From: Vicinamibacterales bacterium
Lineage (GTDB): Bacteria > Acidobacteriota > Vicinamibacteria > Vicinamibacterales > Vicinamibacteraceae
Assembly: GCA_963721565.1 (NCBI GenBank)
Contig: CAVRKP010000007.1
Coordinates: forward strand, 155,608-219,607
Direction: 5' to 3'
Length of the DNA: 64,000 bases
Notes under the pieces: model-generated
The model's input: only the letters and a program-made list of their open reading frames with translations
Databases searched by the model: none
What the model was told of the DNA's origin: nothing
Shown: in pieces, positions 19,150-31,473 of the stretch
Layout of the letters: the number at the start of each line of letters is the position of its first letter
Numbering within the stretch: position 1 is the first letter of the stretch
Position numbers and translations under genes: made by a program

Positions 19150-20244
19150 TCAACGGACAGTAATGTCGCCGCGCGACGTGCGCAGCATGACGCGCGGGCC
19201 GCCGCCGCGCACCGGGCCGATCGCCTTGACCTCGTCGCCCGTGCGCTGCATCGGCACCAGCCCGTCGGGCGTGCGGATGTCGCCGTCGCTGGCCATGGCA
19301 TCCAGCTGGATGCCGCCGGTCGGCAGCGTCAGCTCGATGGCGTCGTGCTCCGTCGTCGCCGTGATCGGAATCGCCGCGCCGGGCGTGAACTTCAGCGTGG
19401 TGCGTTCCGTCTCGGCGGTGATCGAGTCGCGCGCGTCGCGGACGCGGACCTCGCCGCCCGATCCGGTGAGGCGGAGCGGACCGGCCAGATCCTCGAGCTC
19501 GCCTTCGATGTCGCGCCCTTCGAGATGGGCCGGGCCACCGACGCCGCGGACGCGGATGTCGCCGCGCCGGGCCTTCGCCTCGAAGGATCCGGCGACGTTG
19601 GCGACGCGGACCTGGCTGTTGCGCGTCTCGATGGCGACCGATCCGACGTGATCGATGTCGATGTCGCCCGGCCCCAGCTCGCCGGTCACGGCGCCGGCGA
19701 TGGTCGCGAAGCGCAGCCGCCCGCTGGCCTTCACGGCCTGGATCGAGGCGACGTTGGTGATGTCGAGCTCGCCGCCGTTCAGGCGAATCTCGACGCCGAG
19801 GCGGGTCGGCACCCGCAGGGTGAGCTGGACGCGGGGGCGGCGGTCGTTGTCGCGCCTGGGCATCGTCAGGACGACCCGGATGACCGGACCGTCGGAGTTG
19901 ACGGCGACCTTGACCTGATCGGCGAGCGTGGTCGCCGTCTGCTGGTCGCCGCCGAAGACGACGCCCGTCAGGTCGACGCCGATCGTCTCCCGGGCCTCGC
20001 CGGTGATGGTCACGGAGGCCCGATCGAGCTCGAGGGCGACGGTGCGGGCCGCGGCCGGAACGGGCACCTCTTCCTTCCGCTCGTAGTGCTGCTCGACCCA
20101 GTTCTGCTGGACGTGGCTGCGGACGCGGGCCCACCACGCCGCAAAGCCGCCACCGGTGTCGGCCGTCGCCGGCATCGTCAGCTGGTAGACCAGCAGACCG
20201 ACGACGACGAAGCCGGAGATGAGCAGTAACTCTCGCTTTCCCAT
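19150..20244 (-). CDS. DUF4097-like beta-repeat protein with N-terminal membrane anchor; intact
   Basis: 364 aa. The anchor is MGKRELLLISGFVVVGLLVYQL, followed by repeated short strands of the type GDIRV / GEVRVRD / GDITVR / SQVRVANV that are typical of DUF4097 putative adhesin repeats. Confidence 0.7.
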   Translation of the reverse strand: MGKRELLLISGFVVVGLLVYQLTMPATADTGGGFAAWWARVRSHVQQNWVEQHYERKEEVPVPAAARTVALELDRASVTITGEARETIGVDLTGVVFGGDQQTATTLADQVKVAVNSDGPVIRVVLTMPRRDNDRRPRVQLTLRVPTRLGVEIRLNGGELDITNVASIQAVKASGRLRFATIAGAVTGELGPGDIDIDHVGSVAIETRNSQVRVANVAGSFEAKARRGDIRVRGVGGPAHLEGRDIEGELEDLAGPLRLTGSGGEVRVRDARDSITAETERTTLKFTPGAAIPITATTEHDAIELTLPTGGIQLDAMASDGDIRTPDGLVPMQRTGDEVKAIGPVRGGGPRVMLRTSRGDITVR

Positions 20245-20291
20245 AGACTTGGCGTCACCGTTATAGTAGAGTTCGCGGCTGCACTGACTCG

Positions 20292-21371
20292 ATGCGCAGC
20301 CACCTGAAGACCATTGCCGTGGCCGGCATGACGCTGGCGCTCCTCGGCTGGTTCTTCCGGCAAGCCGACCTGTCGAAGGTCTGGCGGGAGATTCGTGCCG
20401 CCGAGCCGTGGGCGCTCCTGCTCCTGTTGGCGATCACCGGGCTCACCTATCTCCTGCGGGCCATCCGCTGGCAGTACCTGCTGGCGCCGATCGGCCCGAC
20501 GCGCCTGCGTGTGGCGTTCCGCACGACGGTGATCGGCTTCGCCGCCAACACCGTGCTCCCGGCCCGTGCCGGCGAGATCGTCCGGCCGTACCTGCTGGCG
20601 CGGAGCGAAGGATTGAGCGTGCCGGCGGCAATCACGACCATTATCCTCGAACGTCTCCTCGACTTCGTGACCGTGCTGGCGCTGTTCGGCGTCTTCGTGC
20701 TGTTCTTCGATCCGGGTCTCGACCACGTCAATCCGGAAGTCTATCGAGGCGTGAAGGCCGGCGGCCTGCTGGGGGCCGCGGCGGCGGTGACCATCCTCCT
20801 GGTGCTGATCCTGAATGCGATCCGGCCGGCGTTGACGCATCGCCTGGTCGACGTCTGCCTGCGCCCCCTGCCGGCGCGCCTCGGGACCCGCATCTCCGGC
20901 GTCGTCTACGGTCTCCTCGACGGTCTGGCGGTCACCCGCGACCCCCGCCGGCTCACCCAGGCCGTGGCGCTCTCGATTCCGTTGTGGATCTCCATCGCCA
21001 CCGGCATCTGGCTGGTGACGGTCGCCTTCCATATGACGATCCCGTTCACCGGCTCGTTCCTGATCATGGCGCTGCTCGTCGTCGGCGTGGCCACGCCGAC
21101 GCCCGGCGCGGTGGGCGGTTTCCACGAGATGTTCCGGATCGGGACGGCAGTATTCTACGGCGTGGACAACGACCGGGCGGTCGGGGCGGCGATTGTGCTG
21201 CACGCCGCGTCGTTCGTGCCGGTGACGCTGCTGGGTGGACTGTTCATGATGCAGGACGGGCTGAACCTGGCGCGGGTGCGCCGTCTCGGCGACGAGGCGC
21301 GGGCCGAGGGCGGCGCGGACCAGCCGCACGCCGAGGCGACAGCGGTCGAGCACGGGGCGAGCGGCGCATGA
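20292..21371 (+). CDS. lysylphosphatidylglycerol-synthase-TM-region-like (UPF0104 / flippase-like) membrane protein; intact
   Basis: 359 aa, about 8 TM helices. The N-terminal pattern [48 protein letters not shown]...[20 protein letters not shown] is characteristic of the UPF0104 family. It is divergent from 19150-20244. Confidence 0.8.
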   Translation: MRSHLKTIAVAGMTLALLGWFFRQADLSKVWREIRAAEPWALLLLLAITGLTYLLRAIRWQYLLAPIGPTRLRVAFRTTVIGFAANTVLPARAGEIVRPYLLARSEGLSVPAAITTIILERLLDFVTVLALFGVFVLFFDPGLDHVNPEVYRGVKAGGLLGAAAAVTILLVLILNAIRPALTHRLVDVCLRPLPARLGTRISGVVYGLLDGLAVTRDPRRLTQAVALSIPLWISIATGIWLVTVAFHMTIPFTGSFLIMALLVVGVATPTPGAVGGFHEMFRIGTAVFYGVDNDRAVGAAIVLHAASFVPVTLLGGLFMMQDGLNLARVRRLGDEARAEGGADQPHAEATAVEHGASGA

Positions 21372-21826
21372 AGTGCCCGTTCTGCGGCCATCTCGGCGAC
21401 AAGGTCGTCGACTCGCGCGAGAGCCGCGAGGGCGACGTCATCCGGCGCCGCCGCGAGTGCCTCGAATGCACGCGCCGCTTCACCAGCTACGAGCGGGTCG
21501 ACGAGATCCCGTACATGGTGGTGAAGAAGGACGGCCGGCGCGAGCGGTTCGAGCGCCAGAAGCTGATCGCCGGCCTGCTCAAGGCCTGCGAGAAGCGGCC
21601 GGTGAGCGTCGCGGCGCTCGAGGCGATCGCCGATCGCGTCGAGATGACGCTGCAGGATCGGCCCGAGAAGGAGATGTCGGTCGCCGACGTCGGAGCCTTC
21701 GTGATGCACGAGCTGAAGGGGCTGGACAAGGTGGCCTATGTCCGCTTCGCCTCGGTCTACCGCCATTTCCGCGACGTCGGGGAGTTCATGACCGAGCTGA
21801 GGGATCTGCTCGGAGCCAAGGAATGA
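21368..21826 (+). CDS. nrdR: transcriptional repressor NrdR; intact
   Basis: [66 protein letters not shown]... This is a zinc ribbon plus an ATP-cone. ATG 21368 overlaps the upstream stop. Confidence 0.95.
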   Translation: MKCPFCGHLGDKVVDSRESREGDVIRRRRECLECTRRFTSYERVDEIPYMVVKKDGRRERFERQKLIAGLLKACEKRPVSVAALEAIADRVEMTLQDRPEKEMSVADVGAFVMHELKGLDKVAYVRFASVYRHFRDVGEFMTELRDLLGAKE

Positions 21827-22443
21827 CGATCGCGTACGCCGCGCTCCCGCGCCAAGCCAGTGGGCACGCTGGCGAAGGCGGGCCCGGCTCGCAGGCCTGT
21901 TGTCCGGCCTGGCCGGCGGTCTCGCGCCCGCGGCCGCCGGCCAGCCGGTGCCGCCGTCCGTCGTCGCCGACGGCACCATCACGGTCGCCCCGCTGCGCCG
22001 CGGCGACGCGATCTTCGTCTCGTTCTCGACGGCCCGGGCCGTCACGCCGGCGGTCGAGCAGGCGATCGCCAGCGGCCTGCCGACGACCTTCACCTACGAC
22101 GTCGAGCTGCGGCGGCCGTCGACGTTCTGGTTCGACAAGCTGATGGCGTCGGCCCGCATCGCCGTGACCGTGCGCTTCGAACCGCTCACCCGGCGCTACC
22201 ACGTCACCCTGCTGCAGGACGGGCGCATCGCCGAAGACCGCACCACCGATCGCGTCGACGAGGTCCGCCGCTGGGTGTCGATCTTCGAAGCGGCTGCCGC
22301 TCTTCACCACCCGCGAGCTGCAGGAGCATACGGCCTACGACGTGCGCGTCCGCGGCCGGACGTCGCCGCGGCACACCTGGTCGTTCTGGCCCTGGGCGCG
22401 GCCATCGGCGCACGGCAGCGCCGGCTTCACCTTCGTCCCATGA
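21823..22443 (+). CDS. DUF4390-like protein, frameshifted (+1 near 22285; N-terminus/start uncertain, 21823 or 21900)
   Basis: There is a signal-like [18 protein letters not shown]. It continues [84 protein letters not shown]...VRRWVSIFE, and after the break [49 protein letters not shown]. The stop overlaps the ntrY start. Confidence 0.6.
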
Positions 22444-24761
22444 CGCCCGGACGGCTGCGGTGGCTCGCTCCCCGCCGGCCGCTGCGGGACAACCCCATCC
22501 TGATCCTGCTCTGGATCGGGCTGCTCGTCGTGGCGCTGGCGGCGATGCTGTCGCTGGCGGCCCGCTCCTCGCAGCTGTCGCTCGACTTCCTCAGCTCGGT
22601 CGTCCTCTACGCCGTCTCGGTCGCCGACCTGACGCTGATGCTGGCGCTGGTCTTCGTGCTGGCGCGCAACATCCTCAAGCTGGTGGTCGAGCGGCGGCGC
22701 GCGCTGCCGTTCGCGCGCTTCCGCGCCAAGCTGGTCGCGGCGCTGCTCGGCCTGACGCTGATCCCCGCGGTGCTGGTGCTGCTGGTCGGCAGCGAGATCA
22801 TCCGCAACGCCGCCAGCCGCTGGTTCTCGCCGCCGATCGACACGGTGATCAGCTCGGCGCGCGAGATCGCCAGCGACTACTACGCCGAGCGGACCCGCGC
22901 CGTCACCGCCCACGCCAACGCGCTGGCCCGGGCGCTCTCGACGGTGGACCTGGCCTCGAGCGACCTCACGACCATCCGCAGCATCCTCGGCGCCGAGCTG
23001 GGGCAGCGGCAGTTGAGCCTGGTCGAGGTCTATCGCGTCACCGGCCGTGAGACGCCGCCGGTGGCGGCGGTCGTCGAGGCGGCGGCGCCGAGCCTGCCGC
23101 CCGGCTTCGCGCCCGCCTTCGTCCTGGCGTCGCGCACCGCGTCCGGCAGCCAGAACTGGTCGCTCGAGCAGCTGCCGTCCGGCGGCGAGCTGCTGCGCGG
23201 ATCGGCGCCGATCCGATCGTCGCCCGACGGCCAGCCGACCGGCGTGGTGATCGCCAGCGTCTACCTGACCGACGAGCTCGCCCGGCACTCGGCGCGCATC
23301 GTCGAGGCCTACGAGGACTACACGCAGCTCCACGCGCTGCGGCAGCCGCTCGAAGGCGTCTACCTGTCGTTCTTCCTCGGCCTGACGCTGCTGATCCTGA
23401 TCAGCGCGACGTGGATGGGGCTGTTCCTCGCCAAGCGGATCACGCGACCGGTGCAGCGGCTGGCGGCCGGCGCCCGCGAGATCGGCGCCGGGCACCTCGA
23501 CCACCGCATCGAGCCGGACACGCACGACGAGTTCGGGGCGCTCGTCGAGGCCTTCAACACCATGGCCGGCGAGCTGGCGTCGAGCCAGCAGCGGCTCGAT
23601 CGCTCGCGCCTCGACCTCGAGCGCAAGAGCCTGGAAGCCGACGCGCGCCGGCGCTATCTCGAGACGATCCTCGAGCGCATCGCCACCGGCGTGGTCTGCT
23701 TCGACGCCGCAGGGCCTCGTCAGCATCGTCAACCCGGTGGCGCAGCGGCTGCTCGGGCTCGGCGCCGACGCGCTCGGCGCGCCGGCGGCGGCGGTGTTCG
23801 GCCGCGACGACCTGCGCCCGCTCGCGCCGCTCGCGCTCGCCCGCCTGCCGAGCCGCGCCGACGCGGTGCCACGCTGCTGCCGGCGGTCACGGCGGCGTCG
23901 CGGTCGCGACGCTCCCCGACACCGTGGCGCAGCAGGAGGTGACGCTGGTCCACGACGGCCACGAGCGGCACCTGCTCGCCGCCACGACCACCCTCGGCGG
24001 CGACGGCGTCGCTCGAGCGCGTGCTGGTCGTCGACGACGTGACGCCGCTCGTCCGGGCGCAGAAGGTGGCGGCGTGGCGCGACGTGGCCCGCCGCCTCGC
24101 CCACGAGATCAAGAACCCGCTGACGCCGATCCAGCTGTCGGCCGAACGGCTGAAGCGGCACTTCACCGACGCGCCCGAGCCGACGCGCCGCCTGGTCGAC
24201 GAGTGCGCCCGCGCCATCGTGGCCGAGGTCGAGTCGCTGAAGTCGCTGGTCGACGAGTTCTCGCAGTTCGCCCGCATGCCGGCGCCCAAGGCGGTGCCGA
24301 CCGATCTCAACGCGCTGCTCGCCGACGCGCTGGCGCTCTACGCCGGGCTGGTCAGCCACGCCGCCATCGAGCTGGACGCGGCGCCGGATCTGCCGCCGGT
24401 CCGGCTCGACCCCGAGCAGGTGCGGCGGGTCGTCATCAACCTGGTCGACAACGCCCTCGAGGCGCTGACCGAGGCGCGCGAGACCGGGCGGATGAGCAAG
24501 GACGCCCGGGGCACGATCGCCATCGACACCGCGTATCTGCCGGCGCACGGCGTGGTGCGCCTGCGCGTCGCCGACGACGGGCCCGGCCTGCCGGCCGGCG
24601 ATCGCAGCAAGCTGTTCATGCCGTATTATTCGACCAAGGGGCGGGGCAGCGGTCTCGGCCTCGCCATCGTCCGCCGGATCATCGCCGAGCACGGCGGCAG
24701 CATCGAAGCGGCCGACAACACGCCGCACGGCACGTGCTTCACCATCGAACTGCCCGTCTGA
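22440..24761 (+). CDS. ntrY: NtrY-like sensor histidine kinase, frameshifted (about 4 breaks between 23700 and 24020)
   Basis: The N-terminal multi-TM region is [20 protein letters not shown]...[30 protein letters not shown] is [44 protein letters not shown], followed by PAS fragments. HisKA is [21 protein letters not shown], and the HATPase is [11 protein letters not shown]...DDGPGLP...[30 protein letters not shown]. Confidence 0.8.
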
Positions 24762-24776
24762 ACGACGTCCTGCGAC

Positions 24777-26176
<1,400 letters not shown>

Positions 26177-26177
26177 G

Positions 26178-26510
26178 CTACATGCGGCCGCCGAGGCTCT
26201 CGAACACGTTGACGCCGGCCGTGACGACCGCGAGCTGGACCGGCAGCGCGATGACCAGGCAGAGCACGAACCGTTCGAGGCGTTCCTGGCGGATGCGCCC
26301 GAGCCATTGCTGATTCGCGGCGTAGATGAAGCCGGCCGTCAGGCCCCACAGCCCGAGAAGTCCGGGGACTGGGCCAGCGGGCGCGGCGCTCCAGCCGGCG
26401 GTCTGCGCGACGTAGCCGCACGAGCCCATGAGCAGGCCGCCGACCGCCGTCGCCAGGATGATCGCCGCGAGCGTCGCCCCCCAGTGCAGTGGCCGCGGCT
26501 CGATGTTCAT
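26178..26510 (-). CDS. small membrane protein, hypothetical (110 aa); intact
   Basis: [110 protein letters not shown], with three hydrophobic helices. ATG 26510-26508 overlaps the stop of the upstream formimidoyltransferase gene (ATGA). Confidence 0.55.
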   Translation of the reverse strand: MNIEPRPLHWGATLAAIILATAVGGLLMGSCGYVAQTAGWSAAPAGPVPGLLGLWGLTAGFIYAANQQWLGRIRQERLERFVLCLVIALPVQLAVVTAGVNVFESLGGRM

Positions 26511-27444
26511 GGGAGGACCGCAGCCGGGCCGACGGCAGGGAGGCCGCGCGTGGCGAGCCTGTCTTCGAGCACCGCGCCGCGATGCCGCTCGGCCAACGCC
26601 GGCGCGGCCTGCGCGAGATCGTCGAGCGCGGCCCGCGGCACCAGGCCGATGATCTCGCTGTCGGCGATGTCGGCGCCGGCCGCGATGGCCTCGGCGAGCA
26701 CGGCGCGGAAGACGTCGGCCATCGACGTCGTGCGGTAGTCGGTCAGGTTCATCGACACCTGGACCTGGCCGGTGTGTTCGAGCGCCAGGCCGAGCGCCTT
26801 GAGGCAGGGGAGCCCGCCATTCGACGTGCGGATGGTGCGGGCGATGTGCCGCGCCAGCGCGAGATCGGGTCGGTCGAGGACGAGGTTCCACGCGACGAGC
26901 GGCCCGCGTGCGCCAACGGCCACCGCACCCGCCGTGGGATGGAGCGTGGCTGGACCGTAGTCGGGCCGCCACGCCGGCTCACCGAGCCGCGCCGACGAGT
27001 CCGGCGAGGCCGCCGCGGCGCACCGATTCGAGGCTGCGGCGATGCGGCGGTCGCGACGCGGCTTCGTAGAGGAAGACCGGGCACGCCCAGCGTCTCGCCG
27101 ATGGCGCGGCCGGCCGCGTGCGCGGCGGCGATGGCGTCGTCCATCGTCGCGCTGCCGAGTGGCACGAACGGCAGCACGTCCAGCGCCCCGATGCGCGGAT
27201 GGACGCCGGCGTGCGCGGTGAGGTCGACCTCGGCCGCGACCGCGGTGGCGAGCGCGACGGCCGCCCGCTCGATCGTCGAGCGGTCCGCGGCGAAGGTGAA
27301 GACGGCGCGATGATGCGACTCGTCGGCGGTGCGGTCGAGCAGCGTCGCGCCCGTGCCGGTGATCGCCGCCGCGAACCGATCGAGGCGGGCCGCGTCGCGC
27401 CCTTCGCTCACGTTGGGAATGGCTTCGATCAGCGCCGGAGGCAT
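26507..27444 (-). CDS. glutamate formimidoyltransferase (FTCD N-terminal-type, stand-alone), one frame break near 27060
   Basis: [28 protein letters not shown]...[12 protein letters not shown]...[20 protein letters not shown], and after the break [57 protein letters not shown]. Confidence 0.8.
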
Positions 27445-27549
27445 GCGGCCACGAGCATAGCGCGAGCGTGCGCGAGCGGCGCGAGGCGCGTTCACCATCC
27501 TTGCGCGGTTCGCCCGAAGTCACCGATAATCGCGGCGGGTCGCGACCCC

Positions 27550-28345
27550 ATGTCCGACGACGCGGCTTCGCCGCTCGCCCCGCCGCTCGCCCCGCCACCG
27601 GGGCCGTCGTCTCCGCCGGACGACCAGGCCGCCCGCATCGATCAGCTGCTCACGGCCGGGCTCGACGAGTACTTCGCCGGCCGCTATGACGGCGCGGTGC
27701 AGGTGTGGTCACGCGTCTTCTTCCTCGATCGCACCAACGCCCGCGCGCGGGCCTACATCGAGCGGGCTCGCAGCGCGGTGGCCGAGCGCCAGCGCGTGGC
27801 CGAGGCGAGTGCCGCGGCCGCCGGAGGTGCCGCGTGCCTGGGCCGACGATGCCAAGCCGGGCGACCCCCGGCCCGTGCCCGATCCGGGTGTGCTGGTGGT
27901 CAGCGGAGCGCTCGCGGCCCGGCTCGCGCCGCCGATCGCCGACCCGGCCGCGCGGCCCGCGGTCGTCGATGCCCGCAGCCAGGCCGCCTCGCGTCGCGCC
28001 AGGATCGCGCACAGGTTCCTGGTGGCGGCGGCCGGCGTGCTGCTGTTCGTCGCCGGCTACACGGTCGCGGCGCGCGATCGCCTCGCCGCGCTCGTCACCG
28101 GCGTGACGTCGCGACGCGCGCCGGCCGCCAGCGCCCGGGTGTCCGAGGTCGACTTGCACGACGCGCGGCAGGCCTTCGAGGCCCGCCGCTACGACGACGC
28201 GCGGCGCGCCCTGGCCCGCATTCCGGCCGGCGATCCGCTCCGGGCCGAGGCCGACGCGCTGGTCGCGCAGATCCAGCGGGCCTGGCCGATCGTGTCGCCG
28301 ATGCGTGCGCCGGACACGCCGGCGAAGGGAGCGGGGACGCCATGA
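27550..28345 (+). CDS. hypothetical protein with a short TPR-like N-terminal segment, one TM helix and a C-terminal TPR-like segment; frameshifted (+1 near 27810)
   Basis: MSDDAASPLAPPLAPPPGPSSPPDDQAARIDQLLTAGLDEYFAGRYDGAVQVWSRVFFLDRTNARARAYIERARSAVAERQRV. After the break it has a TM helix RIAHRFLVAAAGVLLFVAGYTVAA and then HDARQAFEARRYDDARRALARIPAGDPLRAEADALVAQIQRAW. The stop overlaps the next start (ATGA). Confidence 0.5.
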
Positions 28346-29623
28346 AGTGTCCGAAGTGCCAGTACATCGGCTTCGACGGCCACACGCGTTGCCGGAACTG
28401 CGGCTACGACCTGTCGCTGGCGGCCACCACCGAGATGGCGCCGGGCGACGGCGCTGCATCGGACGGCGTGGCGGAGGCGGCGACCGACGTCGTCTACCGG
28501 CCGGAGTCGTCGGCGCGCGCGCAGGCGCGGGCCGCCATCCAGAAGCGGGCCGCGTCCCGCACGCCGTCGCCCGAGTCCTTCGACCTGCCCCTGTTCGCCA
28601 CTCCCGGCGTCGACGATCGACCGGCCCTGCCGGCGTCGAGGCCGCCGCTGTCGGTGCGCCGCGCCGCCGATGGGCCGCGCGGTCGCGCCGCCGCCGCGGC
28701 GGCGTTCGCGCCGGCCCAGGCGACCCCGCCGGCCGAGCCGATGGCGCTCGGGTTCGCCGACGCGACCGCTCCGGCGGCCGCCAACACACCGACCGTCGGC
28801 GACGAGACCGGAGGCCGCGACGACGCGCGACTGGAGTTCGACACCCTCTCGCTCGCTCCCGCGCCGGAGCCCGACCTCGACCTGTCGTTCACCGTCGGCG
28901 GCACGCCTCTCGGAGGCGACGTGCGCGCCGGCGGCGGTGCCCTGATCCTGCCAGGGCGCGAGGTGTCGGGCTCGGCGTCGGCCGGCTTTGCCCGGGTCCG
29001 GCCCGTCGACTCGATCGACCTCGGCGCCGGCAACAGCCGCGCGCGAGGTGGCCTCCGAGTCGGCCAGCCGGCGGACCGTCACCGCCGCCGCAGCTGCCGC
29101 CGTCCGTGTCGTACGGCGATTCCAGCGCCGCCTCCGATCAGGACGTCAGCGCCGCGTCGCCGGATGCCGAGGCCGACGGCCGGGCGGCGCCGCTCGGCCC
29201 CCGCATGCTCGCCGGCCTGGTCGATCTGGCGGTGCTGGCGGCGGTGGACGCCGCGATCGTGCTGGCGACGTTGCGCGCGACCGGCATCGACGTCGCCGAC
29301 GTCCAGCGGCTGCCGCTGGCGCCGCTCGCCGTCTTCCTGGTCCTGCTCGCGATCGGCTACCTGTCGATGTCGACCGTGCTCGCCGGGCGTACCTTCGGCA
29401 AGGCCGCGTTCGGCCTGGCGGTCGTCGAAGCCGGTGGCCGTGCCAGTCCGGCTGGGGCCGGCGGTGGTGCGGGCGCTCATCCAGGTGCTCACCGTCCCCG
29501 CCGCCGGCATCGGCTTCCTGCCCGCCCTGCTCGGCGCCGATCGCCGATCGCTCTACGACCGGCTCGCCGGCACCGACGTGGTGCGCGCATCGCGAACCGA
29601 CCGAGGATCCCCGCACCCAATGA
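28342..29623 (+). CDS. zinc-ribbon plus RDD-domain membrane protein, frameshifted (at least 3 breaks: ~29050, ~29440, ~29585)
   Basis: The N-terminus is MKCPKCQYIGFDGHTRCRNCGYDL (CxxC..CxxC), followed by a long Ala/Pro-rich linker. The RDD-type membrane domain is LGPRMLAGLVDLAVLAAVDAAIVLATL...LAVFLVLLAIGYLSMSTVLAGRTFGKAAFGLAVVE...VVRALIQVLTVPAAGIGFLPALLGADRRSLYDRLAGTDVV. TGA 29621-29623 overlaps the ATG of pgpA. Confidence 0.65.
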
Positions 29624-30138
29624 CCTTGCCCGCCGACGGCAGCCCGCGCCCTGGTGGCGCGGCGATGCGCCGCCCGCTGACCCTGCCCGTGCTCGTCGCG
29701 ACCGTCGCGGGCATCGGCTTCGTTCCCTTCGCCCCGGGCACGTTCGGATCGATTCCCGGGGTGGCGATCGCCATCGGCCTGCGCGCGCTCGCGGCGCCGT
29801 GGTGGGCCGAAGGCGCGGTGCTCGTCGCGCTGTTCGCGGCCGGTGTCTGGGCCGCGTCGGCCGCCGAGACCTACTTCGGCCGCATCGATCCCGGTCCGAT
29901 CGTGATCGACGAAGTGGTCGGCATGCTCATCACCACGCTGTTCCTGCCGCTGTCGTGGACAGGGTGGCTCGTGGCGTTCGTCGTGTTCCGCGCCTGCGAC
30001 GTGGTGAAGCCGTTTCCCGCCGGCCGGGCCGAGCGGCTGCCCGGCGGCTTCGGCGTGATGTGCGACGACGTGCTCGCCGGCGTGTGGGGTTACGCGATCA
30101 TGCGCGGCCTGCTGTGGGCGTTCCCGGGGTGGCTGTGA
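29620..30138 (+). CDS. pgpA: phosphatidylglycerophosphatase A (start 29620 or 29665)
   Basis: VATVAGIGFVPFAPGTFGSIPGVAIAIGL...DPGPIVIDEVVGMLITTLFLP...FVVFRACDVVKPFPAGRAERLPGGFGVMCDDVLAGVWGYAIM. Confidence 0.85.
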   Translation: MTLPADGSPRPGGAAMRRPLTLPVLVATVAGIGFVPFAPGTFGSIPGVAIAIGLRALAAPWWAEGAVLVALFAAGVWAASAAETYFGRIDPGPIVIDEVVGMLITTLFLPLSWTGWLVAFVVFRACDVVKPFPAGRAERLPGGFGVMCDDVLAGVWGYAIMRGLLWAFPGWL

Positions 30139-30148
30139 GGACGCACCC

Positions 30149-31473
30149 GTGAGCCTGCCGCCGCTCACCACCGCCGAGATCGTCGCCGTCGGCAGCGAAC
30201 TGCTGGTGCCGCCGCGGCTCGACACCAACTCGCTGACCGTCACCGACGGCCTGGCCGGCCTCGGCATCCGCGTCGGCGCCAAGCACATCGTCGGCGATCG
30301 CGTCGATGCGCTGGCCAGCGTGATCGCCGACGCGATGCGGCGGGCCGACCTGATCGTGCTGACCGGCGGCCTCGGCCCGACCGACGACGACGTCACGCGC
30401 GACGCCGTCGCCCGGGTGGTCGGCCGGCCGCTGATCGAGAACGCCGCCATCATCGCCAAGCTCGAGGCCCGCTTCGCCGCGCGCGGCATCCCGATGCCGG
30501 CCATCAATCGGCGCCAGGCGCTGGTCGTCGAGGAGGGCGTCGTGCTCGACAACACCAACGGCACGGCGCCGGGGCAGTGGGTCGAATCGGGCGCGCACGT
30601 GCTGATCCTCCTGCCGGGACCGCCGCGCGAGCTGAAGCCGATGCTCGAGACCCTGCTGCGGGGCCGCCTCGCGGAGCGGGCGCCGGCCACGCGCGTCCAC
30701 CTGCGCACCGTGCTGATCGCCGGCCTCGGCGAGTCGCACGCCGAGGAACGGCTGCAGCCGCTCTATCGCGCCTGGGCGGAGCGCGACGTGCCGATCGAGG
30801 CGACCATCCTGGCCTCGGGCGGGCAGCTCGAACTGCAGCTCTACGCCCGCGCCGATGCCGCGCCGGCGTCGATCGCGCTGCAGCAGGGGGTCGACGACGT
30901 GGCCGGCGTGCTCGGCCCGCACGTGATCAGCACCGACGGCCGGTCGCTCGAAGCGGTCGTCGGCGCGCTGCTGATGGCGCGCGGCTGGCGGATCGCGGTG
31001 GCCGAGTCGTGCACCGGCGGCCTGGTCACGTCGCGGCTGACCGACATCCCCGGCAGTTCGGCGTGGGTCGAACGCGCCGTCGTCGCCTACAGCAACGAGG
31101 CCAAGATCGCGACTCCTCGGCGTCTCCGCCGCCGACATCGCCGCGCACGGCGCGGTCAGCGAGGTCGTCGCGGTGGCGATGGCCGAGGGCGTGCGTCGTC
31201 TCGCCGGCGTCGAGGTCGGTGTCGGCATCACCGGTATCGCCGGTCCGACCGGCGGCACCGAGGCCAAGCCGGTCGGGACCGTCTGTCTGGCGGTCGCCTA
31301 CCCGGGCGGATCGGCCGTCGTGAAGACGAACCGCTACCCCGGCGAGCGGACCTACGTGAAGACGTTCGCCAGCCTCGGTGCGCTCGATCTGGTGCGTCGC
31401 ACGCTGGCCGGCGCCGCGCGCCGAGGCGGCGCCGGGCACCTGGGAACAGGCGGGACGGCCGGCCACGCGATGA
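30149..31473 (+). CDS. cinA: competence/damage-inducible protein CinA (MoCF-binding + nicotinamide-nucleotide amidase domains), frameshifted (+1 near 31110 and near 31430)
   Basis: AEIVAVGSELLVPPRLDTNS...DLIVLTGGLGPTDDDVTRDAVA...NTNGTAPGQWVE...LLPGPPRELKPM, and the C-terminal domain IAVAESCTGGLVTSRLTDIPGSS...GITGIAGPTGGTEAKPVGTVCLAV. TGA 31471-31473 overlaps the plsY ATG. Confidence 0.85.
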
